A DNA stretch of 63,932 bases, the filler included, from Salisapilia sapeloensis CBS 127946 (taxonomy: Eukaryota; Protista; Oomycota), in assembly GCA_023334545.1 (NCBI GenBank). It is 14 parts of 14 records of this genome, joined end to end, with 100 filler letters (N's around TTAATTAATTAA, not from the genome) between each part and the next. Parts side by side here need not be neighbours in the genome. Positions count along the whole stretch, not along the records: positions 32,698 to 48,421 come from JAADVB010000361.1; positions 48,522 to 59,325 come from JAADVB010000441.1; 12 more parts are not named here. One strand, given 5' to 3'. A program made the translations under genes and the position numbers. Position 1 is the stretch's first letter. The number at the start of each line of letters is the position of its first letter. The notes beneath the pieces were generated by a model. It was not told the DNA's origin, ran no database searches, and worked only from the letters and a program-made list of their open reading frames with translations. Of the stretch, positions 37,749 through 51,600 are shown one piece after another.

Positions 37749-40700
37749 TCATACGGTCGTATGGACACTCGGACACATGGACGCGATTGTTCTTGCTGCC
37801 TTTGCGATATGATCAAGTAGCTTGGACTGGCCTTGAGAAGCGTGTGTGTCGTGAGTTTCCTGATCAATGCGTACGACGTCATGCATGATATGACGATGGG
37901 TGTTGAGCCAGCGTGCTGTGATCTCTTCCTTGTCGTTTCGTAGACAGTATTTGATTATTAATAAGATGTGGAGTGTTAATGAGCTAAACTTCTTGTCGGA
38001 GCTTAGACACGTTCCGATAGATCTGGACATGGAAATGATAGGCAAAAGTGTATGATGTGGGAGATCTCATACGTACTTGGCAGTAGCGTCCATATTTTCT
38101 TCTGGTTCATTCTGATTGCACTTGGAGAATAGAGTGACTCTTGCTTGTTGCGGAACCATCTAGACAAGGAGAAAGTATCCTATACGTCAGCATCAACTAG
38201 GAGAAAAGAGCAATGTCGTACAAGTACCTTGCAGAGTAGGATGAGGCATCGTGAAGCGAGATCAGCCGTCTCTTTGTATACTTTACCAGGACTATTGTCT
38301 GTATACTTTTCAAACGTGCGAGAGCATATCTGGATCAAAGTAGGCGACACGTTGACAACACATTCCAGTCCGGATGAATGCATAGGGAGCAAATTATTCT
38401 CTTGTCTACTTTCTGTCTGGTAATACTGACATAGTTCATACAAAAGTGTGACAAGTGCCAGCAAAAGACTTGGCAGATTTCTTTCCGCAGCATCTTTTAC
38501 TAAATCGTCCAGCTTGGAAAAGAAAGAGTTTTTGGCAGTGAAAAGCACCGCTTGTGCTTCTGGTCGAGCTTCCATAAGCACACGGATAATCCTCGCCATC
38601 TTTGCTGCTGTATCGTTCTTCATTCCAATAGCTGCATCTAGTGTGTATTCAGCCATCGTAGCAATCGTATCATCCTTAACTCCAGACAGTAAATTGACAT
38701 TCGAAGTAAACAACTCGAGAAAAATTTCTCCACCCACAAAGTACACGCGTTTACGTCCATGGTTCCTTTTAAAGACACTCATGAAGAGCTGAGGTATATA
38801 CTGCATACTGACGACATGGTCCCAATCACTTGGTGCAATATCATTCCCAGGCGTCAAGAGAAGATAGACGATATGAAGGCAATTTACAAGTGACTCATCT
38901 TCACTCCTATCGTCCTGTGCATCACCAATATGATTCACCAATGCTGGTAGTAAACGAGAATACAGAACCTCCGTTTCCATTTCCAAGAGATTACTCTCGT
39001 CATCATCATTTACGTCCAGTACCTTTCGCAGCACATTGCTCACGTGTGTACCAACAGATCCTGCAACTTTACTCTGTCCGTCCGTCGCTGTCATGCGTTC
39101 ATTTGCAAATGTCGACAGGAGTTTCGACATGAGCTTCAAGAAGAACGTATACTCTCCACTTTTATTCTCACCAAAGTACTCGACAAGTTGCATCCGACAA
39201 ATGTCGTTCGATAAAATCAAATCAAATTGTAAGAACGGGAGTGCGTAGACAGCATTCTGATTCACCGTATCCTTCCCTCCAATCGAAAACATACAATCAG
39301 CACTTAGCTTCAGTGCCATTCGAATGGAAGCTCGTACCACAAGCATAGCACACTGTACCACATGCGTCTCGCCTTCCTCTCTCCTGTTCTTAAGTAACAA
39401 TTGATTGACTTGATCCAAGTAGCGATTGCGTATGCAGGCAGTGAGGAAGGGTCGGCTACGAGAGATTCCAAAGTACAGAAGAAGTAGAGCCTTGGCTTGG
39501 ATCGAGAGAACCTGATCAGACTGCGCCTCTTGTTCATCGTCCTGTAGCAGTTGCTCTACTTTGGCAAAAGACAGTAGCTTGTCCGTCAGTAGTCTCTTTC
39601 CGCCCTCCAACGACGGCAAATTGTTAATGGACAAGTCGAGAAAAGTGTTCAGGAGGTTAAGAGACGACAGGATCAGCTCCTGATCCTTATAAGCTTGACA
39701 GCCCTTCCACCAGTGTTCAAGTATATTCTGTCTTGTAATCAATTTCAGTACCTGTTCCTGCTCTGATTTATATATTCCTTTCGTCTGTAGCAATATCTGC
39801 ACTAGTGTCTGTCGTAGAGTGACTTGGAAGCTCCCAGTCGCTTCTTCTATCTGTCTAGTAACCACTTCCACCGCTTGCACGAACGGAATAGCTTCCACAA
39901 CGCCTTCCGAACCTTGCGTAAGTACGTTACACAACGTTCGACAAGCATAATGTCCAACGACATGATTCTCACTACCAACAAGCTCTACAAGCGTATTAAA
40001 GCACGTTTTAGACACTTGGATCTCTTTCATCGTGGTCATATAAAATAGAATCTCTCCAAAGCAAGCACATGCAGCTACTAGACAAGAACTAGATGCATCC
40101 AATCTTCTCAAAACACTCGTCAAGGACTCAAGAATCCCTTTTAAATGATTCATCGCCATTGATGCAATGCGTCTTGCATATCGGAACAAAAGACCAAGGA
40201 CAAAGCAAACGAGTTCAAGTGTCCAGGCAGCATCCACATCTACATCTCCTTCCGATGCATATGCACCAATGATCGTTGCTAAGAGAGGTAGAATGGAGCT
40301 ATTGACAATAACATTCGACAATCGAGCGTTCGAACAGAGCGTCGTGAGATACACTAGCACTTGCTCTCGCTCTTCCTCCGATGTCTGAGGCGACTTGAGC
40401 TTTACATAGACGTTCTTCAGCTGCTTTTCCAAGTCATTCGTCGTGTTCGCCAAGAGCTGGGAGGCTGGAATAGGTGTAAAGCTTAGTCTACTAGTGTCCA
40501 CATCAGGTACTTGCATCGGACGCATGTGTTCATTGCCTATAATTGGCTGCACAAACGTATCTGCTGCTGTCAGGATGAGTCGACTAGGTCGAACGAGTGG
40601 TTTCGACACGATTGAAGCGCTTCGATTCCGTTTCGTGTCGTTAGTAGGTGCTAAAAATGCTTTCGTAGATGCCTGTGGAGCTGTATGAGGCGCTTTCTTA

Positions 40701-42326
40701 TGCTTCATTCCTTTCGTTGGTGCATCTAAAGCCTGATTATCTATGGTTTCTGTCTGGATAGCTGATACAGGAGCTGTAAGAGGCCGTACTTCTTCATACG
40801 ATTCACTCGATTGTTCACTCTCTCTGCTTTCTCGACGTACCTTTTGGAATATTTTACTCTTTTCAACTAAAGCTCGTTCATCAACCGATGACGGAGGATG
40901 TTCTACTTTCTCATATGAATCACTAAGACTACTTTCCACGTGCATATCACTTTCATCAGATGGAGGTGGATCCTCCGGTGAGGATAATACGATAGCCTTT
41001 TCCTGTTGAGCTCTATCATACAAACCATAAGTTTATCTCTATCCAGTGATTACTTGGGTAAGCTACTTACTTTTCTTCACGTAACAAATCGAATCGATCT
41101 TGTCGAGGCATGGAGACGCTTGGAAGGGGAGGAAGACCATGCCAGAATGGATGCTGAATAACTTCTTCCCTATCGTATCCCACACCTGACTAAGAATCCA
41201 AGCTAACGACTGACGTGACATACGTACCAAGTGATTCGATCGAAGGGGTTTTTGATAAGCAGTTTCGAAATGAGATCCCAGAAAGCTTCTGAAGCTACAA
41301 CACCTTTGACTGGGAGTTCTATCTCCTTAGTCCGTATCTGTAGACAGCATACATTGGTTTATATCGTAAGTAGCTCTATGTGTACGGAATATCGATATGT
41401 TACGATGTGAGCTAGGGCTTGGAAGTCCGTGTGGTAGAAGGCCTGGGAGTTCACACAAAGCTCGTACAAGAGACATCCCTAAATGGAGAATTTATAAGCC
41501 AACAGAGAAAGAAGACGATGGACGAAACGTACAAAGGCCCAAAAGTCCGACGCGAAGCTATGCATCGGCGGCTGCTGAAACAGTTCTGGCGCCATATAAT
41601 TCGGAGAGCCAGGACCTAGCTATATGCCACAACGATGTAATTTATAATGAGGAAGATGGAAGCGCTCGATGTCAATAGCACGAACTGGTTTTGGAGGTGT
41701 GCCGCCCTTGTTCGGGATTCTTCGTGCCAATCCAAAGTCTGCCAGCTACATACGATCATAAGGATACAGCTACAAGTCCTGTAGTAGACAGACGTACCTT
41801 TAGCGAGCCGAATTCATCGATCAAGATATTGGCAGGCTTGAGATCACAGTAGAGGATGCCGTTGGAATGGAGGTACTGGAGACCAGATAGAAGTTCATAG
41901 CCAAAGGACTAGATTTTTATACGTTATTTTCCTTCTAATTGATTGGATATCTAGTCATAACAAAGACTTACCTGGATGGTAGTTTCTGGAAGACGCTTGT
42001 CCTGTGTAATGAGATTAAGCAGATCACCGCCAATACAATACTCGGTGATGACCCACAAGTGGTTCTTCGACTCGTACCAATTGTGGAACTTGAGTACATG
42101 TCGACTATCGAGTTTATGGAGCAATTGAACCTCATTCAGGATCTAATGCACATGAAATCAATCGTCTACTAGCCTTGTAAGCCATTTTATTACGTCCTAC
42201 CTTGTCCATACGGCTTTTCGTAGTCGATTTCACAGCCACATATTCAATCGTACGCTTCCGTCTAGCCTTGTAGACGAAAGAATGTGCACCTCGACCAACT
42301 TCATCGTATATATTATAGTTTTCCAT
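37749..42326 (-). CDS. ULK4: ULK4/RUNKEL-like kinase with long ARM/HEAT C-terminal region, many exons
   Basis: MENYNIYDEVGRGAHSFVYKARRKRTIEYVAVKS, HNWYESKNHLWVITEYCIGGDL, YCDLKPANIL, LADFGLAR and GSPNYMAPEL over short exons, then a 947-aa helical exon. Last exons near 37749-38180 are only tentatively assigned. Confidence 0.88.
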
Positions 42327-42714
42327 CGACCTCCCTTCCTTCCAGGATCCGAATGTAGTGTGAAAAGCCGCATGGCATGTGCGATCGCAGTGGATCGATA
42401 AATTAGATCCAATTAAACTATGATTTTGTATACGTAATGGGACAGTCGAAATCAGATACGAAAAGCGAAAGCGAACGAGGAAGGAACGATAAGCTCGCGA
42501 CATCGACGTCCATATCTCTACCTACATCAAGGTACGATACATCGAATCTTCACTAGTAGATGTAGAAGAGATGTGGCAAGACGTATATATACGTTCTATT
42601 ATCATCTGATCAGTGGCGGGTGTGGGAAAAGCGCCTACCACGTCTCTCTGCCATTCCATTTCATCGACGCGAATACTCATTTTCTTGTCTACTTGCAGCT
42701 ATTAGGAACTAGTC

Positions 42715-43463
<749 letters not shown>

Positions 43464-43526
43464 TTGCACGAGGTAGGACAGCCAGATAAGATGAATGCAT
43501 TGAGTTGGCTCGACATGCTCCGCGAT

Positions 43527-43572
43527 TGTACCGTTCGTTCCAGTAGTGTACCGTTCGCTCCAGTAGTGTACC
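43527..43572. repeat. Tandem repeat, 20-bp unit x 2.3
   Basis: TGTACCGTTCG(T/C)TCCAGTAG at 43527-43546 and 43547-43566, plus a partial copy to 43572. Confidence 0.85.
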
Positions 43573-43599
43573 ACCGACATAGAAGTAGACCTGGAGAGG

Positions 43600-45298
43600 A
43601 TGGAAGAGGATGCAGCAGCTCAGAGCGCTTCCATGTTTGTCTTCACGGCGTCCAAGGCCGGGATGAAGGACGTGGATAAGCGAAAAGTGGAGCAGGTCGT
43701 GTATGACGCTTCAAAAGACTCGGCGTACTTCCATAATTCACTCAAACAGAACGATCGAGTCGATGCTCGTATTCACGAGATGCAGCAGCGACTAGAAACG
43801 TTGACAATCGGCACGAGAGACCGTATTCAATCCAAAGTAGATAGCCAAGTAGTACCAAAGCTCGAAGCAGAGCGACAATTACATCGAACAATCGTCATGG
43901 TAGCTCTAGACACATAATAGTCTTATGACCAATACTAATCGCTCGTAGATCGATATGGACATGTTCTACGCTGCAGTGGAGATGCGAGATAATCCAAAGC
44001 TTAAGCACGTACCTCTCGCCGTCGGAGGCATAGGTATGATCAGCACCACGAACTACATAGCTCGCAAATTCGGCGTTCGAGCCGCCATGCCAGGTTTTAT
44101 CGGGCGCAAACTCTGTCCGGATCTCGTCTTCGTACCTGTGAACATGTCTAAGTACAGTGCCATCGCGAAACAGATTCGAGCCATCTTTGCCGACTTTGAT
44201 CCGAACTTCCGACCGTGCAGTCTCGACGAAGCGTGCTTAGACATTACCGACTACATGGCGGATCAATGGCGAGCGTACACGACGTCGAGTATAAGTCAGT
44301 CACAGACAGAGGAGCATATAGAGATGGATGAAATGGAGGCAGTGCCTGAGAGTGTGCGTGAGGAAGTAGCTAGTAACATCGTACAAGAGATTCGTAAGCG
44401 TATCTATGATGAAACACAATTAACAGCTAGTGCCGGCATCGCATGCAACACGATGCTCGCGAAAGTCTGTTCAGACATGAACAAACCAAACGGACAGTAC
44501 CTCCTTCCATTCACAAGAGAAGCTGCCGTGTCGTTTGTACAAAACTTGAACGTACGAAAGATTGGAGGTATTGGGAAAGTCATGGAGAAGATGCTACAGG
44601 CACTTGGCATCACGAATGGCAAGGAGCTTTTTGATAAACGTATCGAGATTCATCATGTCTTCTCGACGAAGACAGCCATGTGGTTACTACGTACAAGTCT
44701 TGGGTTAAAGGAAGAACGAGAGTCGACAGCAAGAAAGAGTTATAGTCGAGAGCGAACGTTTAGTGGTCTAAGTGACCCGGAGAGACTACGTCGTGTCTGT
44801 CGAGAGATTTGTGAGAAACTAGCGACAGACATGAGTACAGGTCGGATGGGCACTAAGACTATCACGTTGAAACTCAAGAGCATCGACTTCTCCGTACGCT
44901 CTCGAGCACTCTCCTTTGCCTCTGCCTGTGCTTCTGCAGATGAACTATACGACAAAGCAGTAAGTCTCTTAGACAAAGAGCTGCCTCTCCACCTACGTCT
45001 CATGGGCGTCCGAGCATCCGCTCTCGTGTCCATGGACACGGACAAGGGAGCGTCGAAGCGACAGCTAGACATCAGTGCCTTTGCAGACACCGAGGCGGCA
45101 GATACATCGTCGAAGAAGCCTCGTATCGACAAGGAGGCAGCGAGAGAGCAAGATGACTTCCAGCCATGTCCGATCTGTAGCAAGTTAATCAATACGAGCA
45201 ACAACATCGCCATTAACCTCCACCTGGATGCTTGTATCCAGCCCAAGCGCCCCGTTCATAAGCCAGGAACGCTAGATGGATACTTGCGTCCTTCTTAA
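43600..45298 (+). CDS. POLK: Y-family DNA polymerase kappa, 2 exons
   Basis: N-clasp KAGMKDVDK, IDMDMFYAAVEMRDNP (across an intron near 43900-43948), SLDEA, C-terminal UBZ finger CPICS...HLDAC and PIP-like TLDGYL. Confidence 0.96.
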
Positions 45299-45338
45299 GA
45301 AAAAGAATTTCCTTTTTATTACGAGAAACTCTTACAGT

Positions 45339-46016
45339 CTATTTGCTGGCTTTCACGACACCCACTTGCGCCGGACGGAGCACACGCGAGTTGAGCGTGT
45401 AGCCAGTCTTGAGCATCTGACCGATCGAACCAGGCTCCAAGTTCGGATCCTCATACTCGAACATGGCTTCATGGACGTTCGGGTCGAACTTGTCGCCCAC
45501 TTGACCGACGGACGAAATGTTAAATTCGTTAAAGACCTTACGGAGCTGACCGTCCGTCATGACGACACCTTCATGCAGCGTCTTGATGGATTCCTGCGCC
45601 TGCTCCGCCGTAATATCTTCTAGCGACACGCTCGTATGGGCACGCTCGAGGTTGTCCGAGACGTCTAGCAAGCTCTTGGCGAACTTGCTAATGGCGAACT
45701 CTCGCGCGTTCTGGACATCCTGCTTCGAGATACGACGAACGTTCTCCGTCTCTGCAAGTGCACGCAAAAGACGAGCGTTCAGGTCTTCATTCGCAGCCGT
45801 AAGCTCTTCCACCTGCTTTTGCAATGGGTTCTGCGCCTCGGCTTCGGCAGCAGGTTCTTGCTCTTGCTGCTCTTCCGATAGCGTCTCCGCTTGTTCACCA
45901 GTAGTCTCGTCATTCTTCTCGTCCTTGCAAAGGTGGATGGATTGAGAGATTGATCGCGAAGCTGGTGCTACACGCACCGCCGCAGACGCTCGGGACAGCA
46001 CTACTCGTCGAAGCAT
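45339..46016 (-). CDS. grpE: Mitochondrial GrpE nucleotide exchange factor
   Basis: Transit-peptide-like start MLRRVVLSRASAAVRVAP (ATG 46016), LRALAETENVRR, KFAKSLLDVSDNLERA, FDPNVHEAMF and GYTLNSRVLRPAQVGV. Confidence 0.95.
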   Translation of the reverse strand: MLRRVVLSRASAAVRVAPASRSISQSIHLCKDEKNDETTGEQAETLSEEQQEQEPAAEAEAQNPLQKQVEELTAANEDLNARLLRALAETENVRRISKQDVQNAREFAISKFAKSLLDVSDNLERAHTSVSLEDITAEQAQESIKTLHEGVVMTDGQLRKVFNEFNISSVGQVGDKFDPNVHEAMFEYEDPNLEPGSIGQMLKTGYTLNSRVLRPAQVGVVKASK

Positions 46017-47667
46017 TTCTCGAATTTCGATTTTGAGTGGCAAGCACGACGTCGTCCGGATAATCCGTATCCGGAAGGTTGAAGATGGGCGGCTTGCAGT
46101 TGGACGAGTATACTCATGCTTGTCATCAAGTGTTTCTTGGGGTATTAAAATTGTAGGTGGAGTGCATAGGCTTTGAAAACGTTTCTTGGATGTAGTAAAT
46201 TGATATAGATCGAACCAATGGTAAAAGGAAGATGTAGGAGATGCTTTCATGTTAAATGTAGAAGTAGCTGCTGTTTTGAAGTTTGTGCATTCGGAAATGA
46301 TGTTTAAAAACACGTGTAGGAAGACAGAGCTTGGAACTGAGAAAGTAGTTTTGTCTAGGAATATGCTTTCAGCTTGGATGTATAAGGCAAATCTATATTG
46401 TAATGGCGCGTTAATACAGAGAAAAGATTGAGAGGGGTCTTGGGCCGAGTGATGTGGCAATCTACACTGTTTTTTACCTGTTATAATCGCATTCGAGACA
46501 TATTTACTTTCGATGAACAACTACAGAGTTTGTGAATGTACCAGTATATGCTTTGCATACTTCTGAAGCGCTAAAGAGTTACCTTTACTATTTAAATCAT
46601 GGTCAGAGACTTTGATTATTATCGGCTCATGCTCCATGAGAAGTTTATTAGTGTTGTTGTCTTTACTAGAGCAACATGCGCGTAAGTGGTCAAAAATTTT
46701 AGATGCCGATAATATCCTTTACAAATATAACAATGAACTCGATTTGATGGAGTCTACTCTTCATGTTTTCGTTATGTGATCTACAAGTAAATACGCTAGG
46801 TAAAAGCCAGGTTACCGTATCTTATACTCACTCAAGTTAACGAAATATTGAACAAATATAGACCACATGTGGAAGCATCAATTCATAACACAAAGCATCA
46901 AACGCTAGCTATTGACTCCAGAACTGAACTTTCTTCCATTAAGACCTTCCTTCCGAATGGCGTACGGCAATGGTACCGGTACGGCCCACTGGATATACCT
47001 GAGTCCGCTCAGTTCAATACCTAGCTCGGCCCTCTCCTGTTTGTCGGGTGCTGTCTGTTCTCTCACCAGTAGCCCCCAGCGGCTATTAACATTCACTTCT
47101 TTAGATTTCTAGATAAGCAGTTATGTAATTGACCCTTTTCTCGTTGAAATACAACCTTTTTTATTTTTTCTTCAAGAATTTTGAAAGTATTGAATTCTAT
47201 TGTACAGTAGATGAAAGTGTCATTGCTGTAAAAGCAGCCAGAAGCGACATGGCAGTCGTTGGTCGTAGCATGTCGATTTAAAGGCTTTAGTAGCGACTTC
47301 ATCTCCAGATTGAACAAAACGAAAGAGGCCAGTAGCTTGATACTATGTTTGGCGGCTTCCAGATCCATGGCGACTGCTAAGAAGATTAAAAAGGATGGAA
47401 AGGCGCATCCTATCTGTTTAAAAGAGTCTGGCCGTGGCGTAGCAACATTCTGCATTTGTGCTTTGCATACCTTATAGTGGTACAAGCGCCTCTTTGATGC
47501 ACCGAATTCAATAGTTTCCTTTCTTATCTTTTACCAATACTGTTGCTCGATTGATTTAGAATTAACTACTACAATGATCAACTTGCTTGACTTTTCGTAC
47601 ATGTTAATGTTAATGACTCTAAAACACTACCATGGAAAATGCAATTGCCGAAATGGGCGTACAGGAT

Positions 47668-48421
47668 CTACTCAAAGTATCGACTGTGGTCATCGTGACC
47701 TCTGCGAATCTTTCCACCTTGCTCGAAATATCCGCGTTGAGCATGATTTTCTCCACCCCAGCCGTTCTTGTTATTCATGCCATCATCCGCTTGTGGGGTT
47801 GCTGCATTGACTTCCTCTGGTTCCCCAGGAACGGGGGTTTCCATGTAAGTGTAAGAAGTTGGGGTAGGAGACTCATTAAAGCCAGGGGCAATGTTAGATG
47901 CATAAGATTTACCACGGACTTTGCAACGTGGTTCCTTCATTTGAGTGTCCGATTTGTTGTTTCCAGCGCCGCCAGCGCTGCCACCCTGACTAGCTCCATT
48001 ACCTTGACCAGCATCACTAGCATCACCATCGACTTCAGAACCGGACAAAATTTCACCACCACATTGCTCCACTTCCGTGGGCACTCCGAAGAAGTAATGA
48101 TCCTTGGCCTCTGCTTCCGAGTACTTCACCTCTTCTGTACTAAAATCAGGCTTGTCGAAATAGTAGCATACATCCGTCTTATCCGGTCCATATTCCATCT
48201 TCGTAACGCGATCCCCGCCGCTGAAAGACGGGCAACTCGGCTTGGAGCTGGCACCGTCGGTCGTCAAACGAATATGGGCGCACGATCGATAAGTTCCGGT
48301 GCTCCATCCGATATTGCCGTAGCTATGACCAGCAGCCAGCCATGCCCACTGAAGAGTGTAGTCTCCAGCAGGGAGGTGGTCCGGCAATTTGATCTTACTA
48401 CTGCAGTGCTGACCGTGCTCA
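47668..48421 (-). CDS. C-terminal part of a probable secreted LPMO-like/chitin-binding-type protein (5' truncated)
   Basis: KLPDHLPAGDYTLQWAW...YRSCAHIRL resembles the beta-sandwich tail of LPMO-like proteins. It is followed by a Cys-containing module and a G/S/P/T-rich linker. The N-terminal His is not visible. Confidence 0.5.
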
Positions 48422-48687
48422 NNNNNNNNNNNNNNNNNNNNNNNNNNNNNNNNNNNNNNNNNNNNTTAATTAATTAANNNNNNNNNNNNNNNNNNNNNNN
48501 NNNNNNNNNNNNNNNNNNNNNATAGAATTAGCACAATTATGAAATTAGTACATTACCACTAGTCTGACATGGAAACTTGGAGCTGTGACGGCTGCCAGTC
48601 TCGGAGCTCAACCGCACGACTATAAGTAGCAGCGAAAATACAACGAATAGTCCACGATACAAGATAAGTTATTCTGCGATTGAATGC

Positions 48688-51600
48688 CTACTTCTTAAGA
48701 GCTCTTGCTGTGGAACTGCTAGTCTTTCCTCGCGTATCGCCTAGATCGGCGCTAGAACTATACAATTGCCTGATCTTTTCAGCCTCTTTCTCCTTCAGCT
48801 GATCAATCGATTTGAGAATTTTCTTCCGATGTAGTTGATGCTCAACACCAAGAGTATTCTTTAGGTCACTGTCATTTAAATGTAGCAGCAGAGCGCCGTC
48901 AACTGCTGCATCACTAAACGCCTGCTTGTATTGTCCCAACGCCAACGTGTGCAGCCATCTGCCAATATCTTCCACACTCCAAGCTGCCACCTGAAACGGT
49001 TCCTGCTCTGGAAATTTACCAGGTAGACTAGCTGCTCTAAATTCTGGATTACTGGATACATTAGCTGCTTCATCATATTCCGGCCAGCGGTGCTTGGATA
49101 CAGCTGCAGCACTCTCCAGCGTCATGTGCTCGGAACCAATCTTGCGCATAGCACGCACGAGGTTCATGCTGCTAAAGTATGTCATGGACATGGACATGAA
49201 TCCGAACTTCATCATCGTCTCTGTGCTCTCCATCAGTTGTCCGACCTCTTTTCTCTGCTGAGGACTAAACTCATTCATCTTCGAAGACTCCTTTGCCAAC
49301 ACGGACGGAACACTGTCCATGGCACCTTTTCCATCCGACGGGACTAAGCCCTGTACAAGGTTTGTCGTGGTCTCTTGCTTCTTCTTTACTTGATTGAGTT
49401 CCTCTTGCTGTTCTTCCAAGAGCACAACAAGTTTCTTTTCCAACCCTCTTAACTCATCCTCCTTTGCAATTCTGCATTTGTCCAGTTCCTGCAGTTGCTT
49501 CTCCAAGACACTTAATTTCTCCTTGCGACTAGCTAGCTGTGCTATCATCTGTGTAAACTCACGATCAAGTCGCATCTTTTGTTCACGCAATTGCCATCGC
49601 GCTTGTTCTGTCATGACTGCACCAGTTTGCTGAGACTCGAGTTGTGTTAGAGACTGCATCTCTCCTTCCAAGAGCTCGACACCTTCATCAAATTCACAAA
49701 TCTCGCGGACGACACACTCTGCTTCTTCCTCTAGCTTCTTCTTCTCTTGTGCTAAGATCTCTACTTCACTCTGGAGTTTCGTTCCGTATAGCTTGTATTC
49801 CATCAACATTTGTTTTCCAAACTGAACTGCACGTGACTGTGATCTGGACAGTAAATACTTTTCCTTTTCGTTCACGTATCTCCTCTTCCCCAAGACTCCT
49901 CGGTAGATGCGTTGGATATCGATAGCTGCATACTTTCGCTTTTTTTCCCAAAGTGCTCGTCGACGACCGACAAGTCCTCTATAGCAGCTTTGAATCAACG
50001 TGCAAGCCATATTCCATAGCCTTCGCATACGCTTGACATGTCTTCTCGCCAGCCCTCCTCGAACGATCCTTTCGATCGCTCGCGCAGACAAGTATTGAAG
50101 CATCCTTTCCTTGAAGCTTGCTCGACCGAGCTTACCTCTCCAATTGCGCTGCACAAGTCTGACAGCCCAGTCTTCGCGGCGCATACCGGCATACATTCTT
50201 CGAGCTACTTTGGCTCTCCAAACTCGCTGTAGGTCAATTGCGCAGGCTTCTTGTTTTATCCGAAATGCTTTAAGGCGTTCATAAAAGTCACGAAAGCAAC
50301 GTTGGATGATGACGGCCTTTCGTTCCATTCGCTGCAGCCGCGCTTGGTTCCGCTTCACTCGCCATTGCATGTACTCCTTGACTTCTGGCAGATCCTGTGC
50401 ATCTCTTAATTCCTGATAAATCTTGCTACCTCCACCAACTTTGTAAATGAGATTGGAACTAATACGCTCAAACGCTGGTACGTGCGGATTAAAAGTGTGC
50501 TTATCTTTTTCCAACGCATTCACTTTGTGCTTTACGAGAGGATTCCTTTTGGTTGGTGATACAGTTGCGTCTGTCGTCTCGACAGATTGCTGAAATTGTT
50601 GCCACTTGTCTGAGTCATTCGGGTTATTGTTGGATCCACGGGATGCTGTGCGTTCGCGAGAGCACGGTCTGGCGACAGCCGATGGCGTCGTTGGATGATT
50701 ATGAGATGCGTCTTTGACTGTTGATAAGATACTATCGATAAAGTTTCCTTCAAAGAGAGGTTTCTGCTGCTTCTTTTCCGTCTTCGAAGGACTTTCGTGC
50801 ATTATAACTGCTTCGTGTACCTCATGGAAGCCAGTGGCAAGTTGCTCTAGTAAGGTCAGTATGTCCTCCTTACGTTCTTGGAGTACTTCATGACCGCTCT
50901 TGAGCCATATTTCACACGTGCGGCGGATGACCTGACTAGAGTGTAAGACCTTGGAGATACTATCCGTCCATGTATCACCTCGACTCGTCGCCAAGCTACG
51001 TACTTGCTCAGAAGGATTAAAGAGACCGTTCTCCGATGCACAGACGCTAAAGTATGGTACATGCAGATGGTGTGCGAGTGTCCTCACGTCCTTGTTCGAC
51101 AGAGCTCCGTGACACAGTGCTTTCCTGCCTTCAAGAGTAATCGGATTGGTGACAGCAGTGTAGAGGTTCAAGGCAAAAGAAGAAGTCACTTGGGACAAGT
51201 AGTCGGTCGAGAAGAGGTAGCGGGTATGGAAGTAAATCGGGAGATCTGGTCGGGACGCTGGAGTGCAATCGAATACTTTTAAACAGTCATGGAAGAATTG
51301 AGCTAGTGAAGCGTCGACGTACAAGAACGGATTAAGTAGCACGAGCGATCTCAAATTCTTATCAAGCGGAGGCGATTGTGCTGCGAAGGTCGTGGCGATA
51401 CTACCGCCATTGCCAATACCTATGAGATTGTAGGGTGCATTGCGAAAGTATCCTCGACCTCCTTCGCAGCCAACGAACTGGAGTAAGCTATGGAGGCAAT
51501 GAGACAGATATACGTTGTTCAGCAACGTGTCTTTCCTCCACGATGAATATGCTTGACCAGGATAATTCCACAGTAGCACTTGGACAGCACCACGGTATCT

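Noticed and set aside
46017-46520. 168-codon N-terminal extension of GrpE in the ORF track (similarly 55671-55844 for CTL and 3859-4020 for the kinase)
   Set aside because: The track uses non-ATG starts. The downstream ATGs give a normal transit peptide or sit just after an Inr element, and the extensions are not protein-like.
46900-47110. GC-richer intergenic patch with CGGAAGGAAG on the minus strand, reminiscent of SRP RNA helix 8
   Set aside because: The paired CAGG half of the motif and an Alu domain are not evident. An Infernal/Rfam scan would be needed.
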